DNA of 43,400 nucleotides from Hydrurus foetidus (taxonomy: Eukaryota), in NCBI GenBank assembly GCA_900617105.1, contig UYFQ01000518.1, forward strand, positions 62,001-105,400, given 5' to 3'. A model generated the notes under the pieces. It did no database searches. It was not told the origin of the DNA and saw nothing but the letters and a program-made list of their open reading frames with translations. This document shows, piece after piece, positions 25,701 to 36,604 of the stretch (position 1 is its first letter; every line of letters begins with the position of its first letter). A program made the position numbers and the translations under genes.

Positions 25701-27187
25701 ACTTTCAGCTGAGCGAGAAGTGGGAGACAGATGTCGATGCGGTGGAGGCATGCAGGGTGGTGAAGGATGGGCAGTCAGAACAAGTGAATAAGATGGGAGT
25801 GAATGTAAGGACGGAGATGGAAATGAATATGAAGAGCACGCCTGACTTTTCTAGTCCGCATGCATTGTCGAGACACGAGAGCGATATTACCCGTGGTCTG
25901 AATGCTGCACAGAACAATGATGTTCTTCCACACGTACGTCATTCTTCTGATGACGTACCTGAGATTGTCGGAACAACTGTTATTGTCAGGAATGAAGAGG
26001 AAGGAGAATCTGTAGTACACACAGACGTATCACAGTCACTGAAAGACAGTAACAGAGATGGTACAAGAGAAAGAGGAAAAGTCGGAGATGTGAATATTCA
26101 TGGACTACATGCATCAAGAGTACAAGTCCAAGGGAGTGGTGATGGTCGAATATATACTGACTGCACAGAGGATAATGAGAGGTTGTTGTCTATGGAAACA
26201 AAAGCAACATCAGTAACAGAAATAGAGGTGGAGAAATATAATGAGGAAGATAAAAATTGTGTTCCATCAGATGACAGATTAAGTGATGATAAACATCATA
26301 AAAAATTAACTAATAAATCAGAAATGTATTCTGCAGTCAGCAAGTGGTTTGAACACTTGTCACGGATGCACAAAGAATGTTCTCTACACCCTCTGATTCC
26401 ATCTACTCTCACACAGACAATCCCACTGGTTACAAGTACAACCCTCCCTTGTACATCCTCTTCTTCAACTTCTTCTTCCACATCTCTACTCTGTGCCAGC
26501 TCCAATGTGCCTCGCACATGCGTCTCTACCTCTTCCTCATCTCTACCTCTTACTCCACTTCCTTCTCCACCTCTTTTCTGTTCCTCTACACTGCCATTCG
26601 GATCACCTAGAATAGGACTCCCCACATCTCTCTCATCCCTCCCTCTTCTCTCTTCCTCCTTCACCTCCTCTTCTTCTGTTTTGAGTGCCTCCACTGATTC
26701 CTTCGACATCAACACACACTACTGTGAAGACGAGCACCTTGGATTAAATTCTAGATTGATTCCATCACTTGAAGAAGGCACTAGCAGTGACAAAGAAAAT
26801 TCCGAAGAAATTTTCTCTCACCCAAACCTTCCTGACTTCCCACCTTACGTCTCAACAGCGACTCCTAGAAGAGAGATGAAGAACAATAAACCACAGAGAG
26901 ATAAAATGCCCTCATCATCACCTTACAAAATAAGGAACACAATCAAATCAAGCAATGCACCGTTTCCTGGACATACAAATTCCACGAATTCCACAATATC
27001 AATAAATGCTCAACTGGACCCTGGACTTTTAAACATTCCAGAATCTGTACCTACAAATTCCGAGTCACGTCACGAAAATCGCCTCTTTTTAAAAGATCCT
27101 CCCATGATTTGTTCTTCTTTACTCGCTCTAGAGGAGTTAGAGCAGTGGTATAGAAAATGGGGGAGTGTACTTAATGTGGAGAGATGA
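22766..27187 (+). CDS. Cys-rich SBP-like zinc-finger protein with long low-complexity tail (~1150 aa, 5 exons)
   Basis: Phase-consistent exons 22766-23123, 23295-23364, 23510-24026, 24231-24523, 24976-27187. Spliced domain: CVMC..IPTQNKNVCKSCD..W..VKFCKGCKNFAVLADFTEKPGAAKCGKCRLRGRNNYLRTKK. The 5' part of the 825-aa track ORF (24710-24975) is intron. Confidence 0.75.
24774..24867. repeat. 29-bp tandem repeat, ~3.2 copies, intronic
   Basis: Unit tctcctccactcttatcgcatcccctttg, three perfect copies plus a partial one. Confidence 0.92.
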
Positions 27188-28500
27188 TGTTGATGGGTGT
27201 AATCCAGGACAAGATACGGAGTAAATTACTCCTTTGGGTCCGTTTGATTCGATCAGGATGTCCTATTGGACGGACTCGATGTGCAGTAGATGTAAAGGGT
27301 GAACTGGCTGCAGCGATAGCTGGATGAAATGTAGCGATGCAGTTCAGTGTGACACGGAGCAGTGCAGGGCAGAGCCATATAAAATCAGAATTAAAATTTA
27401 AAAAACTATCTATCTCAAGTACTAAATTGTTGTAAATTGATTAAACTGAGTAGATAACAATTCGGGAGATAGAGAACCCAGAGGCGCCTCTCATTAAATA
27501 GAAAGAAATATTCACGTATAATTTAAGAATAAGCCTCCTTCTTCAGTAAGAATATATTTACGAAATACCCCAACCCCCTTCTTTTTCTCTCTCTTCCTCT
27601 TTTTTTCCACTTTTTATATGATTCCTTTTTTCTCCTTCACTTTTTATCATGCTTCTATCCATTTAAAAAACAAAAAACCTTTTTTTCATTGTTTTTTGAT
27701 TCTTGATGTATCTCTCTTTGATTCTTTCTCTGTCTGACTTACATTATGATGCCATCTAGAGGTTCCGGGATATTTGTATTGGATATATATTCCTATCTTT
27801 TTGGGTTGTCTGTTATCGTTAGGAAGATAGACGTGTGATTGGGAATTTTTCATAATTAGATTCCGCATTACTTTGTGACGTACATGATGCATAATTCCTT
27901 ACTTTGATAATAAAAACCATACCAAATAAATTTATATGTAATTATAAATGAAAATTGAGTGATAAAATAAACCCCCTCCTCCATCAGTATAATGACGTAT
28001 CAGCCCATATAGACCGGTCTACCGCAGAAATGACCGCGCCCCCGCCCCCGCCCTCTATAATGCAGTGGTTTTATCCGGACTCCCCATAGAACCCCACACA
28101 CCACAAGACCACACCAGCGAAAAGCGACTACCTTTTCATCTCTTTTATATACTGGATCATATATTAAATTTAATTTTAAATATGATGTGTGGTTTCTCAT
28201 ATAAAAAAGAGACCTATAATATATTAGGTCTCAGGTCTCAGGTTTCTTATATGATTAAAAGGATATAGAAAGTATAGGAGAATATACCGTATAGAATACT
28301 CCATATGGCCTAGGGACCTAAGACCCCTTTTTTACACGTACTGTCCTTCGTTATTTTTTTAGTAATGCACTTCCCGCTATAAAAAAATCGAACAATGGAA
28401 AAATTCTTAAAAACCACCCCTTTTATTATATAAGAATCTTTTTTAAGATTATTCAATTTAAGCCAAGTCTCAAATAGTGCGATAATTATGCCCTCGCCAA

Positions 28501-30854
28501 TTAATAATCTATTTCTGTTAGCTGACTAATTTCTTTTGTTGGTACTAGCTTCCGCTTCGGGACCTTTTTATCTGCCTCATCAACATTAGCCTCGGCTAAC
28601 GGTAGCGCGCGTTTCTTGGTTTTCTGTACAAGGGGGGCGTCAGTGGTGATGTACTGTCGAATGTTAGATAGATCTTCCTGATACTTGAATGTGTTAAAAT
28701 TGTCCCTAGACACTACGAATATCATTCGATGATTTGCAGGATCCTTGTCACTCAACTGATCGCGAATTCTGTCGAGCTGGTCAACCGCTCCCTTATGATC
28801 GGTTGTCGCAACTGTGTACTGAATGAGAGTGTTGGGCTGAATAATTGCATCGACAAGGGGAAAATTGTCAAAAAGAGGTAATCCATAAGTGTCGTTATCC
28901 AATTTACAAATATCTGTAACTTCTCTGATCACTATTGTCTGCATCTTAAAAGCCGAAAATTTCACGCTATCCTTGCTGGCAGTGCTCTGTCGTGGCAGAA
29001 GAGGATATAGATTGAATTCTGTTTCGCATCTGATCAATTTCAAATGACCGACACTTTCGAACAGGCTTCCGTATCCAGATTTACAAAGGATTCCCTTCAG
29101 TGTTGAGGTAATTGTAACATCACTATCATACTCAACCGCAGCAGCAAGTCCCTTCATGAAAGGCGACGCCCATATTTTGCTATTTCCGGCAGTACAGTGA
29201 CGCATCATACTATTTATTATCTCGTTGGGATATGGAGCGTCGGTCAAATTCCTCAACTTGTTGGAAATTACGCGTAAGATATTTTGCCAAGAATTTGAAA
29301 AGCGTTCTTTATCACTATAACACCTTCGACTACCGTCAATGGATCCGAGTTAATAATTGCAATGGCGTTGAAGTTGCGGCCACTTCCGCCAAACACATCA
29401 GCACGAAACACAGCTTCCTCGTCACTCATTTCAGGTGGTTTAATAGACACTAGCTCGATTTGAGTAAAAGGAGGCATAGTTATTGTACTTCCATCATTAG
29501 CTTCTTCTGAAAGGTGCATTTCGCCTTCTTTTCGGAGGCCACCATAAGCGATAAAGTTTTGGATTTTGCATTCTGAAGATCAACGCTGTCGGAGAGCAGA
29601 TAGTCGGGGACTCCATGCTTTAAAGGATCATAGTGCGTCATACTTCCATCGGCAAGAAGTCTGTATCTGAGTGTTATTCCGGCCTCTTCGTCAACATAGA
29701 CTACGCTTGTATTTAAAGTCCTACCAGTTGAAGTTGCAACGATATGGTCTAACAGACGAATTAGAAACATGGTCTTTCCAATTCCAGCCGTCCCAGAAAT
29801 AAGAGCCATACTCTTCGTCCCGATTCTTGTTATATTGTCATCATAGCACAACCTGTTATGAAATGTAAGAACGTTCTCTGGCCACTTGCTGTTATCTGGA
29901 AGCGTCCATTGCCTTCCATTTTTTATAAGCGTATCCTCTACAATTGCTTTCCAAGCACCAGATAATCTATTCTTAATCATAATCTTGTCTGCAAGGAAAT
30001 TTAGATGTCATTTCAATAATAGGGAAGGGATGGTTAGGGAAGGAATGGTAATTTGATTTGATAGATAATTGGAGTAAGAAAAGGGAAGGTCTATTCATTA
30101 TGCTCTATAAACTCAATACTGCGGAGAAAAGCAAGGGTCTCTTGTAAAATGAGGTATGCTTTTCTCCGCAGTATTGAGTTTTGAGAGCAAAGAGAAATCA
30201 GGACTATTGCGAATAGACGTAAAAGAGGGATAAGAACGCTCAATACCTGTCGTAGTCGCCCCACCTGGCGCTGCCGCTGTGAAATAGGAAAGATAAATAA
30301 GAATAACTGGTCAGGTGAGGATTACAAGAATGGGGGATAAGCAAATACAGAACAATGGACATGCATACACAGACATCATTATGTGATGAGAATTTTATCA
30401 CAGATTCTCCGCAAAATAAAATTGATTGAGAATTGGAGTAATAAAACGGACACATTAAGACATAGGATTCAACGCACAGCAGGTGAAGTGCTCGAGCCAG
30501 CAAATAATTCCCTGATAGATAGCGGGTGAGAGTGATCAGATCAATGTTATTCGATTGGGAAATATATGAGAGTTGTTGGGAAAAGGCATCAGAAACCATT
30601 GCACTCTTGATTCAATCTACAGGTTGATTAATTTAGCGGAGTTTACCTTGAAGACTTCTCGCAGTATTGAGTAGCGCCCAAAGTCGTCTTCCTTCCTTCA
30701 CTGGAATAATATCTGCCTTGACATCAGCTTCCGTTCCGCCGAGCATAGCCTCGGCATCCCAATTGGCAAAGTTTTCAATGATAGGCGCTGAGAATAATTT
30801 AGTTCCCAACCACTCCGCAACATCAGCAGCGGATCCAGTCACAGGAAAACTCAT
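28501..30854 (-). pseudogene. Crinkler/RHS-type (CR) effector-like gene: SAM-like header + P-loop NTPase + REase-fold domain, two frameshifts
   Basis: Exons 30854-30647 (SAADVAEWL...WDAEAMLG...EGRRLWALL, SAM-like), 30276-30247 (30-nt linker AAAPGGATTT) and 29988-28501. Motifs: ISGTAGIGKT (Walker A), YLLSDS, MPPFTQIEL, FRADVFGGSGR, NFPLVDAII..LIQYTV, MIFVV, and a basic C-terminus. Frameshifts near 29490 and 29320. Confidence 0.8.
30101..30189. repeat. 33-bp inverted repeat (hairpin, 23-nt loop) in intron 2 of the Crinkler-like gene
   Basis: tgctctataaactcaatactgcggagaaaagca (30101-30133) pairs with tgcttttctccgcagtattgagttttgagagca (30157-30189), 2 mismatches. Confidence 0.92.
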
Positions 30855-31204
30855 TATCTGAAAAATCCAAATGCTATATTTTCAATCAGAGTTTGTGATC
30901 TGATGGCATCCATGATTGATTGAGCTGCTAATGGTATACCTTTGTCCGTTGTTCGTGTGCACAACGCAGTTTCTAATGTGAAAGTCACAGCAGAAACCCC
31001 AAGGGTTCTTAGTCTCTAATGACATCATTAGTTCCGTGTTTGTGGAGCTCACTTGCTAATCAGCTTTCAACTTGTTGATTGTTTATCTACAACCACTGAG
31101 AAACTTCACTGCTTAATTATATTGGGGGTGGGTCCCTCCGTGGGGGGTTCCAGGTGGGGGATAAATAAAGAACTATGGAGGAATTGAAATGTCCAGTGCC
31201 CTTA

Positions 31205-31397
31205 CAGCGAACCTATACGACATTTTTCGACAAGAAACCCGGGCGAAAAACCGGGAAATAGCGGCCGAAAATAAAAAGCGGCGCTTTCAAAAGGCCTGGA
31301 TTTGGGTGCCTGCTTTCATTTTTGAGTGCAGCAAAACCAAAACCGGCGGTTTTTCAGCCGGTCTGATTTTTTCGACAAATGTCGTATAGATTCGCTG
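31205..31397. mobile_element. 193-bp MITE with TTA target-site duplication (PIF/Harbinger, Tourist-like)
   Basis: ~26-bp TIRs CAGCGAACCTATACGACATTTTTCGA / TCGACAAATGTCGTATAGATTCGCTG (2 mismatches), with TTA on both sides (31202-31204 and 31398-31400). Confidence 0.8.
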
Positions 31398-31429
31398 TTA
31401 CCATTTCGCGATTCTGCTACGATACTCTT

Positions 31430-31886
31430 TCCTAAAATTCTGCTGATATGCCACTTGAAGCTAAATTATGCCACTTTGATCTAAATTATGCCACTAAAAG
31501 CTAACCAAATTTTACGGCATACCGGATATACCGGGTACACTGGATGCACAGTTGGCCGAATATATCGGGTACACCGGGTATACCGGGTATATCGGGTCCA
31601 CCGATTTCACAGTATACCGGGTATACTAGGTATACCGGAAATATTTAGGTGAAAAGTATCCGTTATACCCGGTAAACCCTGACAGGGCTCTAACAAGTGT
31701 GTGAATGCAGCAACTTTGCTACTTAGATTGCAATTATGCTACTTCATTACCTAAATTATGCCACTTGCGATCTGATTATGCCACTCAATTCCAAAAAGGG
31801 TCAAATTATGCCACTCAGATTGCTAGCAAAATCCAAAATCCCTGTAGGGCTAAATTCTGCCGAGACTTTGTGCTAAATCCCTGTAG
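31430..31886. repeat. Subterminal-repeat array of DNA transposon fragments (hAT-like)
   Basis: ~7 copies of (AAATT)ATGCCACT at ~20-28-bp spacing, split by a block of CCGGGTATAC-type palindromic repeats (31520-31690). Two AAATCCCTGTAGGGC copies read CAGGGATTT on the - strand. Confidence 0.6.
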
Positions 31887-32740
31887 GGCAATAATCAGGC
31901 CACGGACAATAACCAGGTCACTCGTTTTTTCATAATATTTCAGTCAGTATTGGTCGAAGCAGTATACTGAGAAAGGATTCTGAAAGCTTTTTACACATTA
32001 TGCTATTTCAACTCTGCTGTGGACTTTTGTACTAATTTGCATATTTAGTACAAAAAAACACCAATCAATAGAGATAAAACACATGATTCCCTATAAAATA
32101 TTTCAGAAATGTAGATATTGAAATTGTGAATGTAGATTAAATACACTCGTTCAAGCTGCAACAGTCTAATTTTCTGAAATAAAATTCTGGATAGCGAGAT
32201 ACAAAAAACTTGGTCATTTTTCGTTGATTTTTATCCTATTTTTGTATTTTTGAAAATGGTTTTCGAAACAATTATCTGCATCTATTTTTCACGTCTATGG
32301 GAGACAACTACGCGTTTTCCATTATTTTGGTAATAAATATACGAATCAGTACAAAAGTCCACAATAAAGTTTAGGAATCCGAATACCGTCTAGTCCCATA
32401 TGTTAGGTAAAAAAAATGGTAATAGGCCATTTGACCGCACTCAAAATCACTAATATTCAGAATCATGAAGACTTAGCTATCAATTCAAATTCATCATAAT
32501 TTTTTAAGATAGATGACATGTTTGAAATTTGTCGAATTTTTTTCCCCCTAACTTTTCTTTATTATTGCACTAGGTTGACTCGAAAAACAGTCCTTTGACA
32601 TATGAGACTAGACGGTAGCAGAATGTATAACGTTGCATAAGTTTCAGAATCCCCTCTCAGTATACTGCTCCGATCGATATTAAGTGAAATATTAAGAAAA
32701 AACGAGTGGCCTGATTATTGTCCGTTGCCTGGTTATTGCC
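31887..32740. mobile_element. ~850-bp non-autonomous foldback element with ~100-bp TIRs and nested inverted repeats
   Basis: GGCAATAATCAGGCCACGGACAATAACCAGGTCACTCGTTTTTTC...CAGTATACTGAGAAAGGATTCTGAAA is mirrored at ~32642-32740. Inner pairs at 32018-32048/32334-32363 and 32384-32403/32598-32617. No ORF. Confidence 0.8.
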
Positions 32741-33944
32741 GGACACTGGGATTGTGACATGGGAACCAGAATGACTAACTGATTATAATTATCTTTTTAA
32801 TTACGATTGTCAATATCACTCACATACTGCTGGTTAAGAATTTGCTTGTATTGGACTAATGCTGTTGTGATCGGTATTTTCTAGAGTGTAGCATTAACAG
32901 TGTTGATAATGCCTACGGCTGTGTTAATATTTGTATTATTCAATCGATCGTTAGTTTCTTGCATATTATTGAGAACCTTTTATCTTTCTTTTGCTTTTAT
33001 TGAATCAAGTTGCAGCTCAATCTTTTGTTTGAACATGTTAAAATCTGCGTGATCTGTTGTTATCAACCTGTCTTCCAAGGCTGCTTCTGCAAAATTTAAT
33101 ATGTGGAATCCACAATCAATGTGTGTATTTCCGTTCTGGAACTGCTCCTCTGGTCTTATCACGTCGTGCGTCTATTGCCCTTTGTATGTTGGGTATATAT
33201 AGTCCAACATGCACTCGATGTCCTGTAAAAGGTCGGCTGGTAATTCCATATTTTTTACGCTGTCGCACGTCATGATTAACTTCAATGTTATTGAGATAGC
33301 TACGAGTATAGAGTGATTATTATCGTTTATCGGCAGTATGATCTGTATGTGGAAGAAATTAATGTATGTGTTAGCTTATAATTTTGTATATTTAGTATGG
33401 TTTCATAATTATTTACCTTGTCCTTGTCCTTAAACCACAGAGATATATCAAAGTCTTCAATTATATCTTTACAATGCTGCAATACTTCGTCATTTAATTC
33501 CGTGATCAAGGGAAATTTTGCCTGAGTTAGTTCTGCGATTTCTAGTTCTTCTTCAGCTGTATGTTTTCGTTTTCTTGTTGGCTTTTTTTGTGGAGTTTCT
33601 GCTGGAATGTCTACCACTGTTCTGAGAGCTATAGTGTAAAAATCATTCGGTAAACATGTATTCATTTCGCCATATGTTGTATTATATGTTTTTAGTATTC
33701 TGTCAATACTGTTTGTGGTCACTTGTTTTTTTCTAATATTTGTTATGGAAGTTTTTTTGTTTTGTCTAATGTATTCGGGTGTTAATTGAGGCCTTTCACA
33801 GTAACAGAAAAAGGAATGTTGTGTGTGTGGGCATATGCCTGACTTGTCTCTCATCTTAATTTCTCGTACTAGTTTCGGCGTCTTCAAAATTTCTGTTGTT
33901 TGTTGTATTTGTTGAACTTCATCAATTTCTGGCGTTGTTTCTTC

Positions 33945-34110
33945 ATTCTCTTGTTGCACTTGGTTAATCGATGTTACAACTATATTTATTAGTTCATTAT
34001 TTTCTATTTCGTTTTCTGATTGAACTTGGTTAATCGAAGTTGTCGCTTCATGTAATTGTTCATTATTTTCTATTTCATTTTCCGATTGAGCTTGATTAAT
34101 CGAAGTTATT
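33945..34110 (-). repeat. 66-bp coding tandem repeat, ~2.6 copies
   Basis: TSINQ(A/V)QSENEIENNE repeated with a 22-aa period; ttaatcga anchors at 33964, 34030 and 34096. Confidence 0.8.
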
Positions 34111-34371
34111 GCTTCCTCTGGTGCTGTATTAGTAATAGGATTTTGTTTTAATGCAATAAAATTTCGTAATACCTCGTTTATTTGTCGTTGGATTCCTTTT
34201 TTTTCGTTAGGGGAGATTTTCTCATACACTGTCAGAAAGCTTTTGAGCCAGGTGTCTTCGTTGTTCACCTCTTCCGTGTTTTCATTACTATTATATTCGA
34301 TTCTGTCTTGATCGTCAATCTGTGTTGGTTCATTTTTGTATTATCAGTATATTTGTTGTTATTTTTTTGCC

Positions 34372-34972
34372 TCTGATATTGCATTGTTACCTCGCATACT
34401 CGTTGTTCTCCAGTTTCTTTTCGTTTATCGGTCGTGGTTGTGTGCTCTTCTTCATCTTCTTCTTCGGCTTCGCTTTCGTCAATCTATGTTTGTAATTTGG
34501 AGCATCGTTAGTTTTGTTGTTATCATTCTTTTTTCTTCTGATATTGCATTATTACCTCGCATACTCGTTGTTCTCCAGTTTCTTTTCGTTTATCGGTCGT
34601 GGTTGTGTGCTCTTCTTCATCTTCTTCTTCGGCTTCGCTTTCGTCAATCTATGTTTGTAATTTGGAGCATCGTTAGTTTTGTTGTTATCATTCTTTTTTC
34701 TTCTAATATTGCATTGTTACCTCGTATACTCGTTGTTCTCCAGTTTCTTTTCGTTTATCGGTCGTGGTTGTGTGCTCTTCTTCATCTTCCTCTTCGGCTT
34801 CGCTTTCGTCAATCTATGTTTGTAATTTGGAGCATCGTTAGTTTTGTTGTTATCATTCTTTTTTCTTCTGATATTGCATTATTACCTCGCATACTCGTTG
34901 TTCTCCAGTTTCTTTTCGTTTATCGGTCGTGGTTGTGTGCTCTTCTCCATCTTCTTCTTCGGCTTCGCTTTC
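34372..34972 (-). repeat. 165-bp tandem repeat, ~3.6 near-identical copies (93-nt exon + 72-nt intron unit)
   Basis: Anchors ctgatattgc/ctaatattgc at 34373, 34538, 34703 and 34868, with only a few substitutions between copies. Confidence 0.95.
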
Positions 34973-36604
34973 ATCATTTGAGTTGTCATGCTGAGTGCAG
35001 TTTTAAATTTATTGTTAGTCTGTCGTAATTTGTATTCGTGTATTTCTTTGTTTACCTTAGTCTTTCGTTGTTTTTTCTTAGGTTCTTTAGCTGTCGCCTG
35101 TATTGTATGGATAAATTAGGAATGTTTCACGATTATTGTGGCATAAGGAGGTGTTATTACCTTCGGACTTGATACTCTCTTTTGTTTCCGCTGCGCAGAA
35201 ATTCTATCGTTGTATGTGTTTTTTCTTACGATATGATCTGGTATCGTCTTTCCTGTTAACCGGTGTAGGAAGCGCTCGTACTGGTTAGTATTGTTTCTGG
35301 CGTAGTCCCCTAGATATTTATTTACGTGGTTAGGTCTTTACCCCTCGAGAGCATCCTTAACTAACGTCTGGAGTTACAATTAGTCATTGTTAGTTGATAT
35401 CGAGTTGGATGTGTTCAATGCTTTCATTAAAACTTTACCAGTAGTGGCTCCTCTAGCTTTGGGATCTTTAAGATGGTCGTTCCCCAGCGAAATGTTGTGA
35501 TTGTCTGAGTTGAGGCTCTCGGCGCTTTTTGAATCTTGTCTCTGTTATATATCGTGCATGATAGTGAGGTTCTGACTGAACGTTGAGTTATTGTAGCATG
35601 TATCTACTTACAGAATGTCCTCTAATTCTATCTTGCGTTTCCTTCCAGCTCTATTCTGCGCAGCGAATTTCGCCACGGCATGGGTCATACAGAGAATATT
35701 GTTTCCTTCGCCTTTGGTTTTTGTTGGTTTCGCCTTGAGGAAACTCTCGTAGAAGTATTCATTTGATTTCAAGTTTCTTATGATGGAGTCCTTTCTTGAT
35801 TCATTTGTCCAAATTTCACTGAACGATTCTATCCGTGCTTCGTTTTCATTAAACGTCTCCATAGCCTTCATTAGATCTGTGAAGATGTCAGCACCACCAA
35901 CAAGTTGTATCAATTGTCTTGCCTGAGGTGTGTCAGGAATTTGAATTTCGCGGGTTCTATCTATACATCTAATCGTTACGTCCCGTGCTTGCGACATTGA
36001 ATTCGTGCTGTGACCAGATGACTTTTGAAAGGTTTCTTGTGGAGGTCATATGATGCCTCTATGCAGCAGATGTGCTTGAAGCGTACAGCGTACAGTTACG
36101 TCAGCTGTCAGCGTAACAGTTGCCGTCATTTCATAAGTCTTATTCTGGACTTCGTATTGTAAAACTCATACTGTTTTTACATTGATTATTTGTACTTTGG
36201 ACAAATTCTCATCGTTTTATATGAGCCTGGTATCCGTATTTGACGGGAGAAATTGACTGCATCTTGCATCTGCGACGTCAGAAATTACCTCATAATAGGA
36301 GCAAAACTCAATTTTTGGTTGAAACCAGGTTGGAGTTCGAAGTTGTGAAGTATAAGCCGCTCACACCAAAATTCGTTGTACTGGTCCCATACTTTTTTGG
36401 AAACTCGAACAATCAGATCACAATCCATCTCAACTCCAGAAACTCTAACAATTACAGCTCTTAACCAATCAAGACGCCGTAAGGATTTTCGAGTAGCTGG
36501 TATCATAGTTAGTCACCCACAGTAGCGGCGAATTTGAAATCGCAGTCCTAATCGCGTAGGAGTAGAAGACAATCTATTTCGTTGATTACTGATCGGTTTT
36601 ACTA

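Larger units (their letters stand above)
32980..35997 (-). pseudogene. 10-exon gene ending in a Ulp1/peptidase C48 (SUMO/ubiquitin-like protease) domain; two premature stops
   Basis: Exons 35997-35612, 35541-35439, 35367-35161, 35097-35056, 34990-34886, 34813-34721, 34648-34556, 34483-34391, 34319-33417, 33342-32980, joined in frame by 63-74-nt GT-AG introns (~795 codons). Spliced C-terminus WFKDKDK|IILPINDNNHSILVAI...TCDS...QFQNGNTHIDCGFHIL carries the His-Asp-Gln-Cys pattern of C48. Stops at 35340-35338 (TAA) and 33174-33172 (TAG). Confidence 0.75.

Noticed and set aside
28001..28311. Possible MITE bounded by gcccatatag / ccatatggcc
   Set aside because: Only ~8/10 terminal match and no TSD.
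34336..35028. 230-aa + strand repeat membrane protein
   Set aside because: Antisense reading of an A-rich exon/intron repeat; splice signals and flanking exons support the - strand gene.
32980..35997. Alternative genetic code (TAA/TAG = Gln) to explain in-frame stops
   Set aside because: Only two internal stops in ~795 codons, while Gln is routinely CAA/CAG and the 903-nt exon has none; point mutation is simpler.
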